Of a stretch of DNA of 64,000 nucleotides, positions 8,972 through 23,639 are shown piece after piece. Positions within the stretch are counted from its first letter, which is position 1. Each line of letters opens with the position of its first letter. This DNA is from Anolis carolinensis (Eukaryota), in contig NC_085842.1 of NCBI RefSeq assembly GCF_035594765.1, forward strand, positions 33,394,782-33,458,781, read 5' to 3'. The notes under the pieces are model-generated. The model was given only the letters and a program-made list of their open reading frames with translations, had not been told where the DNA came from and did no database searches. The position numbers and the translations under genes are program-made.

Positions 8972-11900
8972 GTGAGTTATGACTGTCTTTAGGCAGATCA
9001 TGTCTGTTCCCTATTAAATGGTCTACTAAGTGCATTATATGTTCCGTTGTGGAGTGTCATTAGCAAGTCACCAAGAGTGTCCTCTGCATAAATATTTCCC
9101 CTCCTCATTTCCACAAGATGGTTAGGTTAATTGAAGTCACATGGAAACTTATAAGATCGATTTCCTGAGAGAAAGAGAGTAATTTTTCCTGTTGTCAACA
9201 GTTATACTGTCATTAATGTTTTAAACAGTTCAGGGTTGGAGATGTGTAACATGCCCTGCCATATATCAGAACAGGACGACTGGCTTTCAGACCGTGTGTG
9301 GGCAGGATAGATAGGTGAATATGTGCATTAGTGTCTGAATGATATAGTAGGGCTTTCCTAAAAATGGGTTTGAGATGTTACTATTTGGGCTTTGCTTTAA
9401 GTAGCAAAATGCCAGCTTTATGGATATTAAAGAGATATCTTTCATGCAACTAACTTGTCAAACAGCAATTATTTATTTGTAGACAATCCTCTTTCTTATA
9501 TATGGACATTAACATGTGGTGCAGTGATGTTCTTCTCACTGTGTATGTGTGCCAGGAAATCACCTGTTTAGACTAAATTGCTGTTGCATTTGTATGTGAA
9601 GAATGGGATCAGTTCCTCAAATAAGTCCCAAACATCTTACTAGCTAAAACGGTTGCTTGGCCACTGCTTGTGGTACATTCAATGTTGTAAACAAAAAAGA
9701 ACATGAATGATAACTTTTCTTCACACTGAGGAGAAGTTCTTATGGTGCAATCTTGTTTGCGTTTTATCTTAAATAAGTGCTACAGAGTTCAACAAACCCT
9801 ACTGCCAGATGGGTTGCAGTTTTATTTGTAATTAGGAACTAACTTTTCAGTAACTTCAAGCAGACTAATGTGCATCACATATGCGTGCTATTTATGAGCT
9901 TTATAAAAAATTAGTTATGTGATTTTATTGTAGATGGTCTACTAAAGAGATAATTAGGTTGAATATTCTGCCCTTGTTTTCTTTTGTTCTGCTTTGAATC
10001 TTTCTAGGGATGCTTCATACAAGTTAGTTTCTGTACAGCAGTCCCTTTTATATAGAAACTGCACCATATATGAAATTGGTCCTTGATTGCCCTGTAAACC
10101 TACAACCTTATGGATGGAATGAGGCCTAGTTACACCTATACTTTCTAATCTCACAGTGTGTCTGCTGATAGGCCTGATGTTATACATCCATGAAAAATCT
10201 CCATGCTGCAGCTGTTTCCCTATTGAGATATTCAATCTAACCGAAATATATTCAGGACAGGCTCATGACTTGGGTAAGGATTGAAACCCAAGGCCTGTCT
10301 ATTCCATTACTCAGTTCTCCACTACATTGCTCCATGAGTATACATGTGGGCCTTCTTCTGCTCTCTTTGACTTCATGCTTCAAGTACCTCTCTTCTTATT
10401 TTCCATATGTGCCTGGATAAATGTCAGTTATCTGCTTTTTCTTTCCCTTTCTGCCTCTGTTAATAAAGCAGTTATAGATATTCATGTGCAGCAGTGCACA
10501 GCTGTGCTTCCTCTTGGTGTGCTTATGAGTTGCAAGGTGCTTCCCGTGGGCTGTTGGCATGCCCTCTGTGCTTGAATAGCTTTTGTTGATACTTCTGTTT
10601 GGTGTTTTCACTTCATTTTTCTACAGAATAAAACAGTGCATCTCTAAGCTGAGAATTTAAATAGAACATGAAGGTAAAAAAAATATATGCAACAGAACCA
10701 TGAAATATGGTGCCTGACTATGACTGTGGGTACATAATTAATCAGATATAACAGCAGGGATTTGTCTCCATACTTCCCACAAATCCAGCCAGAAGGGACT
10801 ACAGCCTGAAAAGCTGGCCTTTCACTTTTCTGTCTTCTTCAGAATCCTACTGAGGATGTAGATGAGAGAAGATGAACAAAGTTGTTTTTAGTCAATATTT
10901 ACAGGTGCCCTGTGTTTTGCTTCAGCCAGGAGGGCTGTGATGTTGTGGGGCCCAGCCTTGTGTTAGCCATGCTCCTTATAGCAGATACACTGACACATCC
11001 CTGATACTTTTGGGAAACTAACCAGCTTCAAATAATGAATTTTGGTCCTGGATTCTTTCCCTAAATCCCAGAGCTCCCATACAACAAATGCAACACTCCC
11101 AGTTTCTTCCACAAAAGCAACTAGGGGCAGGGTAAAGAGAGAGTATAAACACCAAGGAGCTTATCACAAGATGCAAGTAAATCATGACTGCAGCACCTTT
11201 GATTAGGACTTATCAGATGACACCATTTCTCTTCTGCTTTTCTGGTGCAAGACTGTTTGGAAAGTGTTTCTTTACAAATACAAAAGTCATTTAATGACCT
11301 TTACTGCTAACCAATCTGCTACAATTAATACAGAAATACAGTTCTGCTTTATTTGATGTTGGGTGGCCAGGTGGTGTTCTGTGAGGTGCTTGGGTGCCTT
11401 TGCTTACATCCTTGGACTGGGAAGCCTTGGTGTACCTCCAAAGTTCAAGCAAGAAGTAGAAGGCATAAAAAATTTACTTTGATTTCTTTTCAATTTGAGA
11501 TGGCAAAGTAATTGAGAAACTTATAGACTTTTTTTTGTCTGGAGGAAAAAAAATCCACTCGCAAAAATTGATCCCATGCGCATCTTGTCTGAGAAGCCTA
11601 AAACTTTGCTCACTGTTTCTTGCCCATCCCTCCTTTTTCAGCTGGATCTAGCCCAGTTCTGGAATCTGTCTCTCTTCCTCTTCCACATATATATGCCTCA
11701 AAATGTAAGCGGAAAAGAGTTGTATAACTTAAAACCCACAATTATTTCATTATCCTGTCCTCTGCATCTTTTTATTATTTCCAGCTACAGATTTTATTAA
11801 ACACTGGCAGAGGAAAGCTAGCAGCTATTTTAGCCTGACCTATCCTGAATCAGGAATCTCCCCCACCTACAAAGAAAAAAGGTAGAAGGATGGAAGGCCT

Positions 11901-12214
11901 GTTTTTCTATAACACTCTTTTTGCTTTTGTTATTTTGATTGTGGGCATCTATGCATGTGTCTGAGTGAGATTGACCAGGAACTGCTGCAAAAAGTGGTTC
12001 GTGGCTTCCATTAAAAAGAGAATAGAGTCTAATCAGGAAGTGGGGAAGTGATGGTAATCTTATGGAAAATGTCCAAATAAGCCAAAATTGGATAAGAGGT
12101 AGCGATAATATCTCAGACAAGGTATTGGGTGGACAGTCCTAGATCCTGTGCGTGGTAAGATTAAAATGAACATTTCAAGCCTGGAAAGCTTCTCAAGGTG
12201 TACAGGAGATTGTA

Positions 12215-12572
12215 CAGGCAGTCCCTGAGTTAGAGACATCCAACTTGCATATGACATAGTTAAAAATGGGGTGAGATAACGGGGAATGAGGGAAATCTAC
12301 CCCTAGGAAAGGAAATTCCTTGAAGAATTCTCATGGGACAAAGCTTTCTCACCAATCCTTGTTTCTATGACAAGCCAAAGTTTTCAAAATCTAGTTATCA
12401 CAGGGACAGTAAATCTTCTGAACAAGGATACAGACAACTAAACAAACACCACAGGTGTGTTAACCCTTCCCTGAGTTACCTAAAAGTAATGTACCTGTTA
12501 TGACTTGCATACAAATTCAGCTTAAGAACAACCTTACAGAACCTATCTTGTCTGTAACCCAGGGACTGCCTA
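12215..12572. mobile_element. Tigger-like MITE (older)
   Basis: TA|CAGGCAGTCCCTGAGTTA ... TAACCCAGGGACTGCCTA|TA inverted termini. Confidence 0.7.
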
Positions 12573-12779
12573 TATAATGTTTTCAGAAACCATGCCTTTT
12601 TTGCATGTTCAGGTGTGACAAAATTAGTATTCTGGATTAGTTTAATTGCCATACTTGAGAAATGGTTGAAGGAGTTCTGAACACCTATGAAGTGAGCATT
12701 GCATCTCTGATGGGCTTCATTGAATAAGTTGGCATTTGTTCCAGATTCTAAGGTAAGGAATGCAATAGTAATTTTGACA

Positions 12780-13600
12780 CCTCCTCTGTTCTCAAAAAGA
12801 GTGCATAGGGTTCAACGAATGCTGTTTGTTTGGCCTGGAAGATTTGAAGCCATTTATGCTAGCTAGGGGATTTCCTGTCTATCTCGATTTGCAATCCAGA
12901 TCCCTTTCAAAGTCTTTATTGCTTCATGGAAATACACAGTTCTCTTTTTTTGGAAAAAATTGAAGCAAAATAAGTATTGAGTAGTTCTGCCTTTTCATTG
13001 TAATCTTTTAGCATTTTGCCATCCTTATTGAACAGTAGCCACATTGTCTCTTTAGCAGTTGTCTTACCTCAAATGTATGTGAAAAATTCCTTGCTACTCT
13101 TTGCTGGCTCAATCAGTCTCTTCTGATTTTGAGCTGTAGTTTTTTTATACTATTCCTACGAGCTTGGCCTACACATCAGTACTTTTCCTTGATGATTTGT
13201 CATTGCATTTTGTATACATACTCCATTTCTTTTTCACTTTCTCATTGAGTTTACTACGTAGCCATGTTGGCTTTTTCAAAAGTTTCCCATATTTCTTCTT
13301 ACATGAGACTATTTATGGATGTGCGTTTTCCAACTATTTCTTCAAAAACTCTGACCTTTGCTGGGTATCTTTTTTCCTTAACATATCTATCCATGGAATT
13401 CCACCCTGAATTTGTCAGAATCAAATTTTTTGAAATGTAAAAGCTGTGTTTACTTATGCTTCCTTTTTTACCTCGCCCCACAATTGCAAATTCTAATATT
13501 GCATAATCACTTTCCCCTAAAGTGTCAACTATTTTGATCCCAGGCACCAATTCCTTCTTTTTAGTTAGGATCAGCTTCAGGATTATTGGACCTCTTGTCC
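12780..13600 (-). mobile_element. Decayed CR1 ORF2 fragment
   Basis: Minus-strand translation includes TLGESDYAILEFAI (compare [14 protein letters not shown] in the intact CR1) and KAELLNTYFAS-like sequence; many stops. Confidence 0.75.
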
Positions 13601-16456
13601 CTTAAATGTTTTAAATTGTTGAAGTAGGTAAGGCTCTAAGCATAAAGGCATCTTAATAATCCTGGTGTGTCAGGTTCAGGTTGGCTTCTTTGCTCTTCAC
13701 GTCCAGTGTAAGTAAACTTCCATTGCACCATATACACTGGCTGTCTGACAGCAGACACTTGAAACCAGGATCAGGTTCTTGACAGGCCTCTAATGGTAGC
13801 TTTTTCAGTAATACTGAAGAATTTCAGCCACAGTTATTTTGATTTCAAAGCCGTTCAAATTGCATAAAAATTAGCTAGTGGATTTCTTCTTTCCTTCTCT
13901 TCAAAGTTGACCACTCATCTACAATTCCTTTCTGTTATATTAAACACAGTGGAGCATTGAATCTAGAGAGGATATGGTGAATATGGGAAAAGAAGGACAG
14001 CAGAAGTCATTTTGTAAGTTAAGCCTCATATCTGATTTGAAGAGTTAATTGCTGATTTTCTGATATTCTAGGTGTGGGGATGCTGGCATCCTTTTTTTCT
14101 AAACGAGGTGTCTAGTGACGTATTGGCTATACTGGTTTGGAATGACTAGAGTTGTAATGCTACACATCTCGTGGTCTAAATAACACTGTCTCCCCACAGG
14201 AATTAACTTTTAAGTTTTGACATGAACGGCCGTCAGCAAATCTGTGATGCTGGGACTTCGAGATGTCATTGGAGTGTAACTTCTAGTATCTCTCAACATT
14301 GCCTGTGCTACCTAGTGCTCATGAGATTTGCAACATGGTAACATCTGCAGGTCTGCATTATTTTCACTTCTACTCTTGAGGTTTCTGTGAACTGTCCTCT
14401 ATAATAGTAAGAGAGAAGCCCTACATTTCATTCAATAGACATTGAATGAATGAGCACATTCCTCTTTTGAGGCTGACTTCATTATCAGAGAAAGGTTGTA
14501 TCTACACTGTTGAATTAATACGGTCTGATATAACTTTAGCTGCTTTGGAATCATAGGAGTTGTAGTGTTGCAAGGTCTTTAGCTTTCTCTGCCAGTGAGT
14601 GATGATGCCTCACTAGACTCCCACTCCCAGGATACCATACCGTTGAGTCAGGACAGATAAAGTTGTAGCTATCTTCATTCTACAATGTAGATCAGAAGTG
14701 TAAAACTTGTGGCCCTCCAGATGTTATCCAAGTCCCAGAAGCCCTGACCAGCTTGTCCACTGGCCAGGAATTCTTGGATCTTAGGTCCAAAATACCTGAA
14801 AGGCTACAAGTTGGACATCACTGGTGTAGAGAAAAACAACAACCTTGTACAGTAATGCTGGATTGGTGGGTGGAGAGAAGCATAAAATTATGGGTTTTAG
14901 GGTTACTTCTGTTCTGCAGCCCAGAAATTAGCTTTGTGTGCTCAGATGTGACAAAGGACACCATTTTGTTGTCAGTGTTGCTGTAAAATTCAACTCCAGT
15001 CTGACTGGATTTTCTGTGTGGTATTAAAACATTCAACACCATATTTTGGCCCAGCTTTGGACTTACTTCATGCCTTCATTGAGTATGTATGTGTGAGTGA
15101 GCATTAGCGTGGGCATGTTTTGAATTCTTGCAATACTGTTAAAATAATTGGCCCATTAAGAAATAGCTGTTCTGTGTTAGCACTTAGTTTACCAGGTAAG
15201 ATAGCTTTTTCACTGGACTGTGTTGCCAATTGGGTTATGAGAAATGCACGTAGTCCTAGAATGTTCTGCATCAATGGACATTAGCTAATGCTACTTGCTT
15301 GTCACTCATCCTTCAGGTTTTAAAAATGGGAAATGCTGTAACTTGATGTATTTTTCATAAGCTGGGGCTCAGGTTGCCATAGCAATCTCTGGCTTACAAA
15401 AAGCTTTTAGAAGTGCCTAGGAACTTTAATGGAATTGATGCAAAATCGTTGCACTTTAGGCACACTTCTCTGGAGGGCCATGACTCCGGTTTGATATAAT
15501 AACAGCACTCCCCTCTATGTCTGAGGAAACCGCGTTTGTAAATTCAAAGTATTTCATTCTCTAGTGCTAGTCAGTGAATACATGCCTGTGTTTGTACGTT
15601 CTGGTCTGTGGAGGCAAGGTGACAAATGGAATATGCATTGTGTGAAGTGTTGTGTGATTGATATTATTATTTACACTGCACTGACATCTATGTTAAAAAA
15701 GAGACTTCCTTAGTCCCAATCTGCAGTCTTCCCTTTCTGGGAACAAATTTAACATGTTTTATTTTGCTTTCAAGTCCACTCCAACTTATAGCAACCCTAA
15801 CATGAACTTATTTTTCCAATAGGATGTATGTTTCTGTTGTGATAGAATCTGCCTTGAGTGTTCCTTTCTGAAATGAAATTGTGAGAGCAGCACTCAGATG
15901 ATAAAAATGTCCTTCTATAAATGCCCTGAAGGTACCAGGTCCCATCTCATCTTGGAAGCTCTTGTTGGCCCTTGAACGATGGGCCATCAAGAATACCAGG
16001 TGTCACACAATATCAGGTTTTGTACGCCATAGGGGTCACACTCAAGTTTCATTGAGGGCCACATCAGTCTCATGGTTGCCTTCAAAAGGCCATTAAATTC
16101 ATGGGCAGTGCTGTTTAGTTTTTACTCAGTTTGATTATCTGCCATTTGGACTGGGGACAATGGGTACTGCAGCACAACAGCTCTTGTGACCCTGGAGTTG
16201 GAGAAAGATTCAAGGACATTTTAAAGTCAGACATCACGCCCACAAGAATTATATCTAAATTCAAGCCCCACTGTCCTGACTAAACAGAACAAACTATCAC
16301 TACTCCCATCAGCTCTAGTCATGAGGTGTAATATTGTAGTCCAACATCTGGAGGGCCACATAATTGACATGGTGGAACAGATTTGGCCCACGAGCCTTGA
16401 CATGTGTTGTAGCCTATATTTCAGAGGAATATGCCAACCTATCCCAACTAATTTTT

Positions 16457-17330
16457 CTAAGCTATTTTCCCAATGGAGGGGTTTAGCGTTGTGACTGTTG
16501 TTTCCATGGGGCTTTGTTTTGGGCGTCCCCAGGTCTCAGGTTGGAAGCACACATGTCTTTGTTGATGGTGCCCATCCATTTTTTCTTTGGCTATCCACAT
16601 CGTTGTCATCCTGCAATTCCAAAAGGTAGTGCTGTTTGTGCTACTGATTATTGGTTCTCTTCTCATGACATGGCTGTACCACTGTAGTCTTGCTTCCTGC
16701 ATTTTCTTGCTGATCGCTTTTATTCCTAGTCTTTGACGGATGTCATCATTTGGCACATGGTCAAGGAGTGTCAAGCCAAGTGTCCATTTCAGCATTTTCA
16801 TTTCCATTGTGTTGAGGGCTTGTTCATTTGTTTCTTTGTTGCTGGCCAGCACTCTGTCCCGTAGAGGGCTACTGGGCGAACAAGTGTAGTGCAGATCTTA
16901 GCCTTGAGTTGTTCCGGCACTTTTGGGTCACACAGAATCCAAGTAGTTTGCTGCCATTTCAACTAGGCTGCATTTATTCATGACCTTGCGTCTGACATTG
17001 TGTCAGCATCTATGGAGACTAGTGACCATAGGTATTTAAACTGGGTGGCCTTCTTTAGTTCTTATCCATTAATTTTTTTTTCCAGTTTGAAGGCCTCATT
17101 CCAGATACTCTTGTTTTGGATATGTTCAGTTGAAGTCCATTTTCACTGAGTCTATCACTCCATGACTGCAGCTGTTGTTGGAGGGCTGCATGTTTTTGGT
17201 GGCCTAGTGCTATGTTATCTGCATATAGGAGTGTCCACTGACACATAGTCTGCAGATCTGCTGTATCAGTATCCATACAGAGTGTGAATAGTGATAGTGA
17301 GAGCGCTTGCCTTAAAAATCCCCTGTGAAA
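16457..17330 (-). pseudogene. Decayed RTE-clade LINE reverse transcriptase (3' part)
   Basis: TLLYADNIAL...GLQLNISKT and MEMKMLKWTLGLTLLDHVPNDDIRQRL...RLQWYSHVMRR; frameshifted. Confidence 0.82.
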
Positions 17331-20300
17331 TGCATGGGGTGGCCATATGTAGACAGGTGACTTGGAAGGCAGATATGTATGCAAGCTAACTTTCAGGAGA
17401 AGAGATTGTACACTTCTTTTGGCCCGCAAAATAGAGTAACCTTCCCTCCTTGCTTTTTGGAGGGGGGGCACTACCTGAAAGAATGGGCAGGATTAAGTGA
17501 GAAAACAAAGAATTAACAGATATGAGGATAGCCTGCTGCATATAAACCATATGAGGATTTAGTAAAACGTAGGGATATAGAGTTTTGGCAAAGTTTGTAT
17601 GAGAATAGATGGTTTCAGGGATTCTCTGAGACTGTAGCAGTATAGGCTATATGCCAGAACACTTTATTTCAGCAAGCCAAGACTGTTTCAATGCAGTTGG
17701 GAGGTGTCTCTTTCAAGAGAGCTTGGCACTGAGTTGAGGCTTTGAGCCAGAAGCAGTGTCTGGGCGATGTTTGCCTGAGCTGAGCTTGCTGGGGATGACT
17801 CCCAAGTTTGTTTAGGGTTGCAGAAGAGAGTGCTTCATATCCCAGTAACATATTCAGAAGTACAGCCTGTTTAAGAGGAACTGGATTCAACTTGAACCTC
17901 ATTAAGGAAATGAGGAGAGGGTGCAAGCAAGCCTTCTGATCTAACTTACAGAATAAGGTTGAAACGAGCAAGTTCTAATTGGCATCCCTTGGGAATGTTC
18001 TGCATCGCCCCATCTATCACTGCCTCCTACCTCTGCCTTCAGATAGTTCTCTTCTCCAAGCCACTCTTTCAACTGCTCCACCTTATTTTCCCTGTTCTAC
18101 TTTCTTCTTTTCCCTCTTCTAATTTTGCATGTTCCTTTAAGAAACTATTTCCCGAGAAGAGATTTAATGACACTTGTGTTCTGTCACATAACCTAGGTTT
18201 GGGCAATGATATTTCAGTTAATTAAGCAAAGGGCAGAAGGAGCCCTAGACTCATGTCTTCTCAACTATTAAACTGAGAAGTTTTCAGTTCTTTTTTCATC
18301 CAAACCAGGCAACTATGTTGATCAAGTTTAAAACCAGATAGGGTATTTATCCAACCTCAAATCCTTGTATAAAAATTGACCTTGTTTTTAATCTGGAAAC
18401 CATTGTTTACCAGTTTAGATGAAACAGGTAACTATAGATATGAAAATATTTTCTGACATCTTGTGAAGAACTGGTAAGGATGTTGGGGATTAAGGGTAGA
18501 GTCCCTGGGGAGAAAAGGCTCATTGTTAACATATAGTATGGCTGCCTAAATGTACTTTAATTAAACCAATTAAGTTCATATAATTTCTAATTCTATTCCT
18601 CCTACCTGTTTTCTCTCTATTCTGATTAAACACTTATTATGGGATAAAAAGATAGGTATGTACTCATAGTATGTCATTTTGGGACAATATGGTCAGATAT
18701 GTCGTAAATGTCAATGCCAGGTATTCTGGGTTGAGATAGATTATCTAAATTCATTTTACCCTAGTTTGAAGCATGGTTGTGAATTAGAGGAAGCTTTTGC
18801 CATGTTGATGGATGATCTAATCTAGGAACAAGGCAAGACAGATGTTTCCCTATTGCTTATCACTGTAGCACATCTGAGGTTTTTAGCCTTCTCTGAGGGT
18901 CAAATCTAGGAGCTAATGGTGAGGACTCCTCATATCTTGACTCCTGGCCTATGATGTATGTCAGATTTCCAACCTCTAATACTTGCCCAACCTTCTCTAA
19001 AGCATCTCCTGTTATGAAAGAAAGGTCCACACTTCTGTGTCTGTAGCCAGGAATCCCTGTATCTGTTCTTATTCTCAGAAACTAAGGTGGCCATGTGTAT
19101 ATAAGTCAAAAAGAGTATATAGGGTAACATATTTTTTCATATACAAATTTAAATATGTAAATTCAAAGCCAGGGAATTGGCATGGGTGACCCTTGTAGTC
19201 TCTTCCAACTCTATGTAAAGGAAAAATTTATTTTATTTAGTTTGAAACACACTATATCTTGTCCTAGTTAGAAATGAACATAGTCAGAGGAGCTACCCAG
19301 TTTGTTTTCCATGTTCTAATTAATGACAACCTCAAGGTCCTATTCTATCCTCTCCGGTGGGTGGTTCCTTTTAAGCCAGACTGGACAGCACATCAGGTAG
19401 AGAACACCTAAAAACAGAGGAGAAGGGGGGGGATGTCTTTGGATTCCCAGATGTTTTGAGTGAACTCTTCGAAGCCTCAGTCAGCCTGACTCGGAAGTAA
19501 GGAGTTATTGGAGTTGTACTCTCAAATATATGGAGGACCGAGTCCTCCACCGTTGGAAGAGAAGCCTGTCCTTAGTACCTTAGAACAGCTCCTCACTTAA
19601 CCCCCTGCTTCTTGAACTGTGGGTTCCTACCACAGTGGGGTTCTCTTAGTTCAGTGTTTGGGGGGGGGGGGGGGTCCACAAAATTTTGGTAACAATGAAA
19701 AGTTTCCGAATGCCACCTATTTACATTAATGTTAGCAACAGCATGCAGTGTTTATAGTGGACTCTGCATAAGATTTTTAATCAGTACTTCACAAAAAGGA
19801 AAATCAGTCTGTTTTGCAAACCATGCAAATACTGATTAGTTATCAGTAAATGCTTGATTTTTACACCTATTTTATATAAAATATAATTTTATATAAATTT
19901 TATTTTACATAAAATTTCTTAGGAGTTCCTAACTTGGTCTATTTATCAGAAATATAAACTGAATTTCAACTCTTTTATGCTTGGATGATGATGTTCACTA
20001 CTTGAATACCAAGCTAGCTGTTCACCCTGATTTTTGATCTTATATTTTTTCGTATAGTTGATTGTAATTTACTTTGCTTTTTCAAATGGGATAGAGCAAG
20101 CTATTGAAGCTTGAATCAACATTGCTGTTTCAGACTCTGTTTGCCAGGCATGCATGTCAGTATGTATTTAGAAGATGAGGCTTGAGACAGTGATTTCTTT
20201 AGCTGGTAAATTTTGTAGGAGTTTTTTCGGCTTCCAAATGGGCCATCAGATTTTGCAGAAAAACAAGTGTTTTTAATGCTGTAATGAACAAACATAAAAG

Positions 20301-21790
20301 CCCTGGACTGAGGCCATGCAAACATTTAGGCCAGATCTCTGGATTCTCATGTGTCAGTGTTCTTAATTACAGCCATAATCAAAATGTTTGAAATATTCTC
20401 ATCATGTGAAGCAAAGGTTTTCTTCTTGAAAGAATTGGTTGCATTGTTTTCTATCACAGTATAAAGTCTATAGGACGTCTAGAAATATGCAAGTTCAGAA
20501 GCGAGTAGTGGAGCATAGAATATGGCCTCTCACCCGGAATTTGGAATCTAATGCAGTATTCAAAAAGTATCTGCATTCCATCATTATATCTTCTTTTCTT
20601 ACATGAACAATTTCTAAAACCAGAAAATTAGAGATGGCTTGTGGTAGATACTTAAGACCTGAAGGGAAGCTTGGTTGAAAGTTCCAATAAGATAGGAGGG
20701 GCTCATAATTATACATCCATATCTGCATGTGGGTAGGATCTGTATATACACTGTTTAAGAAAAATAAAATCAATGCCTGCAGACTTGCATATAATTTGTT
20801 CTGAAATTTTTATTACACAGTTTTAAATCCCAGGAGTGCCTGATCTCATTGAACCCCTGAGATTTTTAGAATTTCCCGTATGGCATCTCATTACCCTCTG
20901 TAAATAACTTGCCTGTTTATGGAGCTATCTGATTATCCCACTATATTGGTTGTTTTGAGGCTATTGATAAATGACGAAAGCTGTTTAAACTATATGCAGC
21001 AGCACTGTTATGAGTAATTTAATATTACTTCATTGCTGAGGTTCAGTTTGTATCATTTGAATGGATGTATTCTTGGAAGTTTTGAAAATCACTGATAATT
21101 TTAGGCAATCTGCATAGTAGAGAACAGGTAAGACAGGGAAGGCAAACGGATGCCCTTTAAGTGTCTTAGAATATTACTAGCAGAGCTACTGGCTGAGGCA
21201 TATGTGCCTTGTAATCCAAAATATCTGAGTGATACCAGGTTGTAAATTGCAATTTTACTTCTTCAGTAAGAAGTCATTTACAAAATTGGCATTCACCATA
21301 CTATATAAGCGCATGTTATCTAGTGGGTCATTCTGCTCTTTCAGAAACAGTTCTGAACAAAAGAATGGTATCCCACTGAGACTTTAGAGAGTCAAAGGAA
21401 TAGAACATTTCATGGCTGGCAGTTCTGCATTCTTGTGCTCCTACACTGATCACATTTGCTTTTGAAAATAGGACAGGGCCTGGATACATTCATCCATTCC
21501 TAAACTTCCTTTTCTTTGCTATGCTAGTGATATCAGATCTAATCCATTCTAGGTTGAGTGAATTCTGCTCAAAAATATGACTCCAGGAGAAGCATTGTAG
21601 AAATTGATGGAGGTGGAGCTTGGAGACCTCTCAACTATGAAACACATTCAGTGGTCTTTCACCCGTCAAATTTTCCAGCTTCTTCTAAACCAATTACAAG
21701 GGTTCATTATGAGCATAGATTTGCTGATAGGAAGACAGTTTGTTCTGTTATTTTTTTTGGACTTCGTCACCCAGAGTGTGGCGCTCCAAG

Positions 21791-22360
21791 ACTTCACTTC
21801 ACTTCACTTTATTTCTTAATTAGTCGCTCTCCACCAGAGTGCTCCGAGCGACTTACAATTTAAAATATCATCCCACAATAGAAAACATTCATCATAAAAA
21901 CATTCAACATAAAAACATTAAACCTAATACATTCAACAGTGACTATTTGGCAAATTAGATCTGATTTACTTAAATGCACAACCAAACAGCCAAGTCTTGA
22001 GCGCTTTTCCAAAAGGTCGCAACTCCGACATTACTCTAATATATGGAGGCAATGAGTTCCACAGAATTGGAGCATAGATCGAAAAGGCTCTACGCCTTGT
22101 GGCTTCCAGGCGTACCTCCCTTGGGCCCGGTACGTATAGGAGATTTTCCTGGGAGGATCAAGGTGACCACTGATGGGAAAAAGGAATGAGGCGGTCCCTA
22201 AGATATAATGGTCCTTGGCCATTTCGAGCTCTAAATGTCAGGATCAGTATCTTGTAAGAGATCCGATGTTCTATTGGTAGCCAATGCAGTTGTTTCAGAA
22301 TCGGTGTAATATGGGATCTTATAGATGATCCCGCTAGCAGCCTGGCCGCCGCATTTTGGA
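21791..22360 (-). mobile_element. L2-clade LINE 3' fragment
   Basis: Minus strand reads QNAAARLLAGSSIRSHITPILKQLHWLPIEHRISYKILILTFRA (L2 C-terminus); tail AATAAA(GTGAA)n. Confidence 0.85.
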
Positions 22361-22848
22361 CCTGTTTTGGTTGCTCTTGAACTTTTCAGATTCCCTAGAT
22401 TATTGTATTTTAACAAAACAGAAAGTGAGAGCTGTCTCTCTGGACACATGTAGGAGCACCAGTTCACCTTTTAACATAGCTTTTGGGCAATCCTTGGCTT
22501 CTGGAAGTCTTGGAAGCAATGCTGCTGTTGTCATCCCCCATCATATAATCTCTGCCACAGATAAAATATTTTCAGCAAAAAAAAAAAAGAGTCAAGAAAC
22601 ATTCTTCACAGCCATTAGGTTCACAAAATCGTTCCTTTCCTTGGTGAGGCGCTTTCTCCCCTTTCCAACCTCATAGGCTACCAGCCTCAAAGCCAAATGA
22701 CAGAAACTGCCTGGCTGCTGCGAACTAACTGTGCCTTGGATATATGCCCAGATGGGAATATGTATGCAGTTGTAATATCTGGACAGTGCCTACCCCCTGC
22801 GTCCAGTCGGTACAGCTTCCAAATAAGAAATGGTTTTGTCTCCAGCAG

Positions 22849-22957
22849 ATTTGAAAGTACTGTCCAAGTTGGCAAACTGCAAGACCTCATCCATCGCAGC
22901 AAAATGGCAAGGTGCAGGGGACGGTTTGTCTGCCCTGTCATCCTCTATAAGGGAAAG
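22849..22957 (+). CDS. MTMR14: MTMR14 coding exon 3
   Basis: FESTVQVGKLQDLIHRSKMARCRGRFVCPVILYKGK; CAG acceptor, GTAAGG donor. Confidence 0.96.
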
Positions 22958-23563
22958 GTAAGGCTATTGCTATGGGCCTTGGGATTTTTCGTTGCTTGCT
23001 TTCTTCGTTGTTTGGGTATTTCATAATTCTCTTGGATTAATTACCAAGCAGCTTCAGTCCAAAAAAGGGGAGTAAAGTTATTGGCCTTTGTTTGTTGACT
23101 TTCAAGTAGCATCTGAAGCCATTGTATAAAGGCACACTCCTCTGCCAATGGTGGCTGGTCCAGTGGGAGAAATTGGCTGTCCTGTAACATGCAGGCTCAT
23201 TTTGGCTTTGCTACAGAAGTTGAGCAAAATATGTGAATTGAAGAGCATCCTGCAGGGAGCAGTCTAATCCTCTTCATTAAGCATTTGAGGAAAGAAGGTT
23301 CAAAGAGCATGTTAATGAAACACACAGTTGATATTAGTTAAAAAGGAATGGCAAATAATGATGTAAAGTGGGAAGGAATTTTGGGGATATCTAGCAGAGA
23401 GCTTAGCACAGTGGTTGGGAATCAATGAGACCTGACCTGTGAGCAATGCACATGTTTATCTGCAGGCCACAGTTCAAAGTTATTCACTTAGAAAAGGGCC
23501 TTGTAAGAAAAACCGACTGCATAGTTTCCTTCTGCTTGATGGTCATTTTTTGTATCTCTGCAG

Positions 23564-23639
23564 CATATATGCCGATCAGCCACCCTGGCTGGCTGGGGGG
23601 AACTTTATGGGCGCACAGGATACAACTACATTTTCTCAG
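23564..23639 (+). CDS. MTMR14: MTMR14 coding exon 4
   Basis: HICRSATLAGWGELYGRTGYNYIFS; CAG / GTAAGA. Confidence 0.96.

Noticed and set aside
17633-18190. Possible minus-strand solo LTR or 100-aa ORF
   Set aside because: TG start and a minus-strand AATAAA are present, but I found no matching end with a TSD and the peptide has no recognisable motif.
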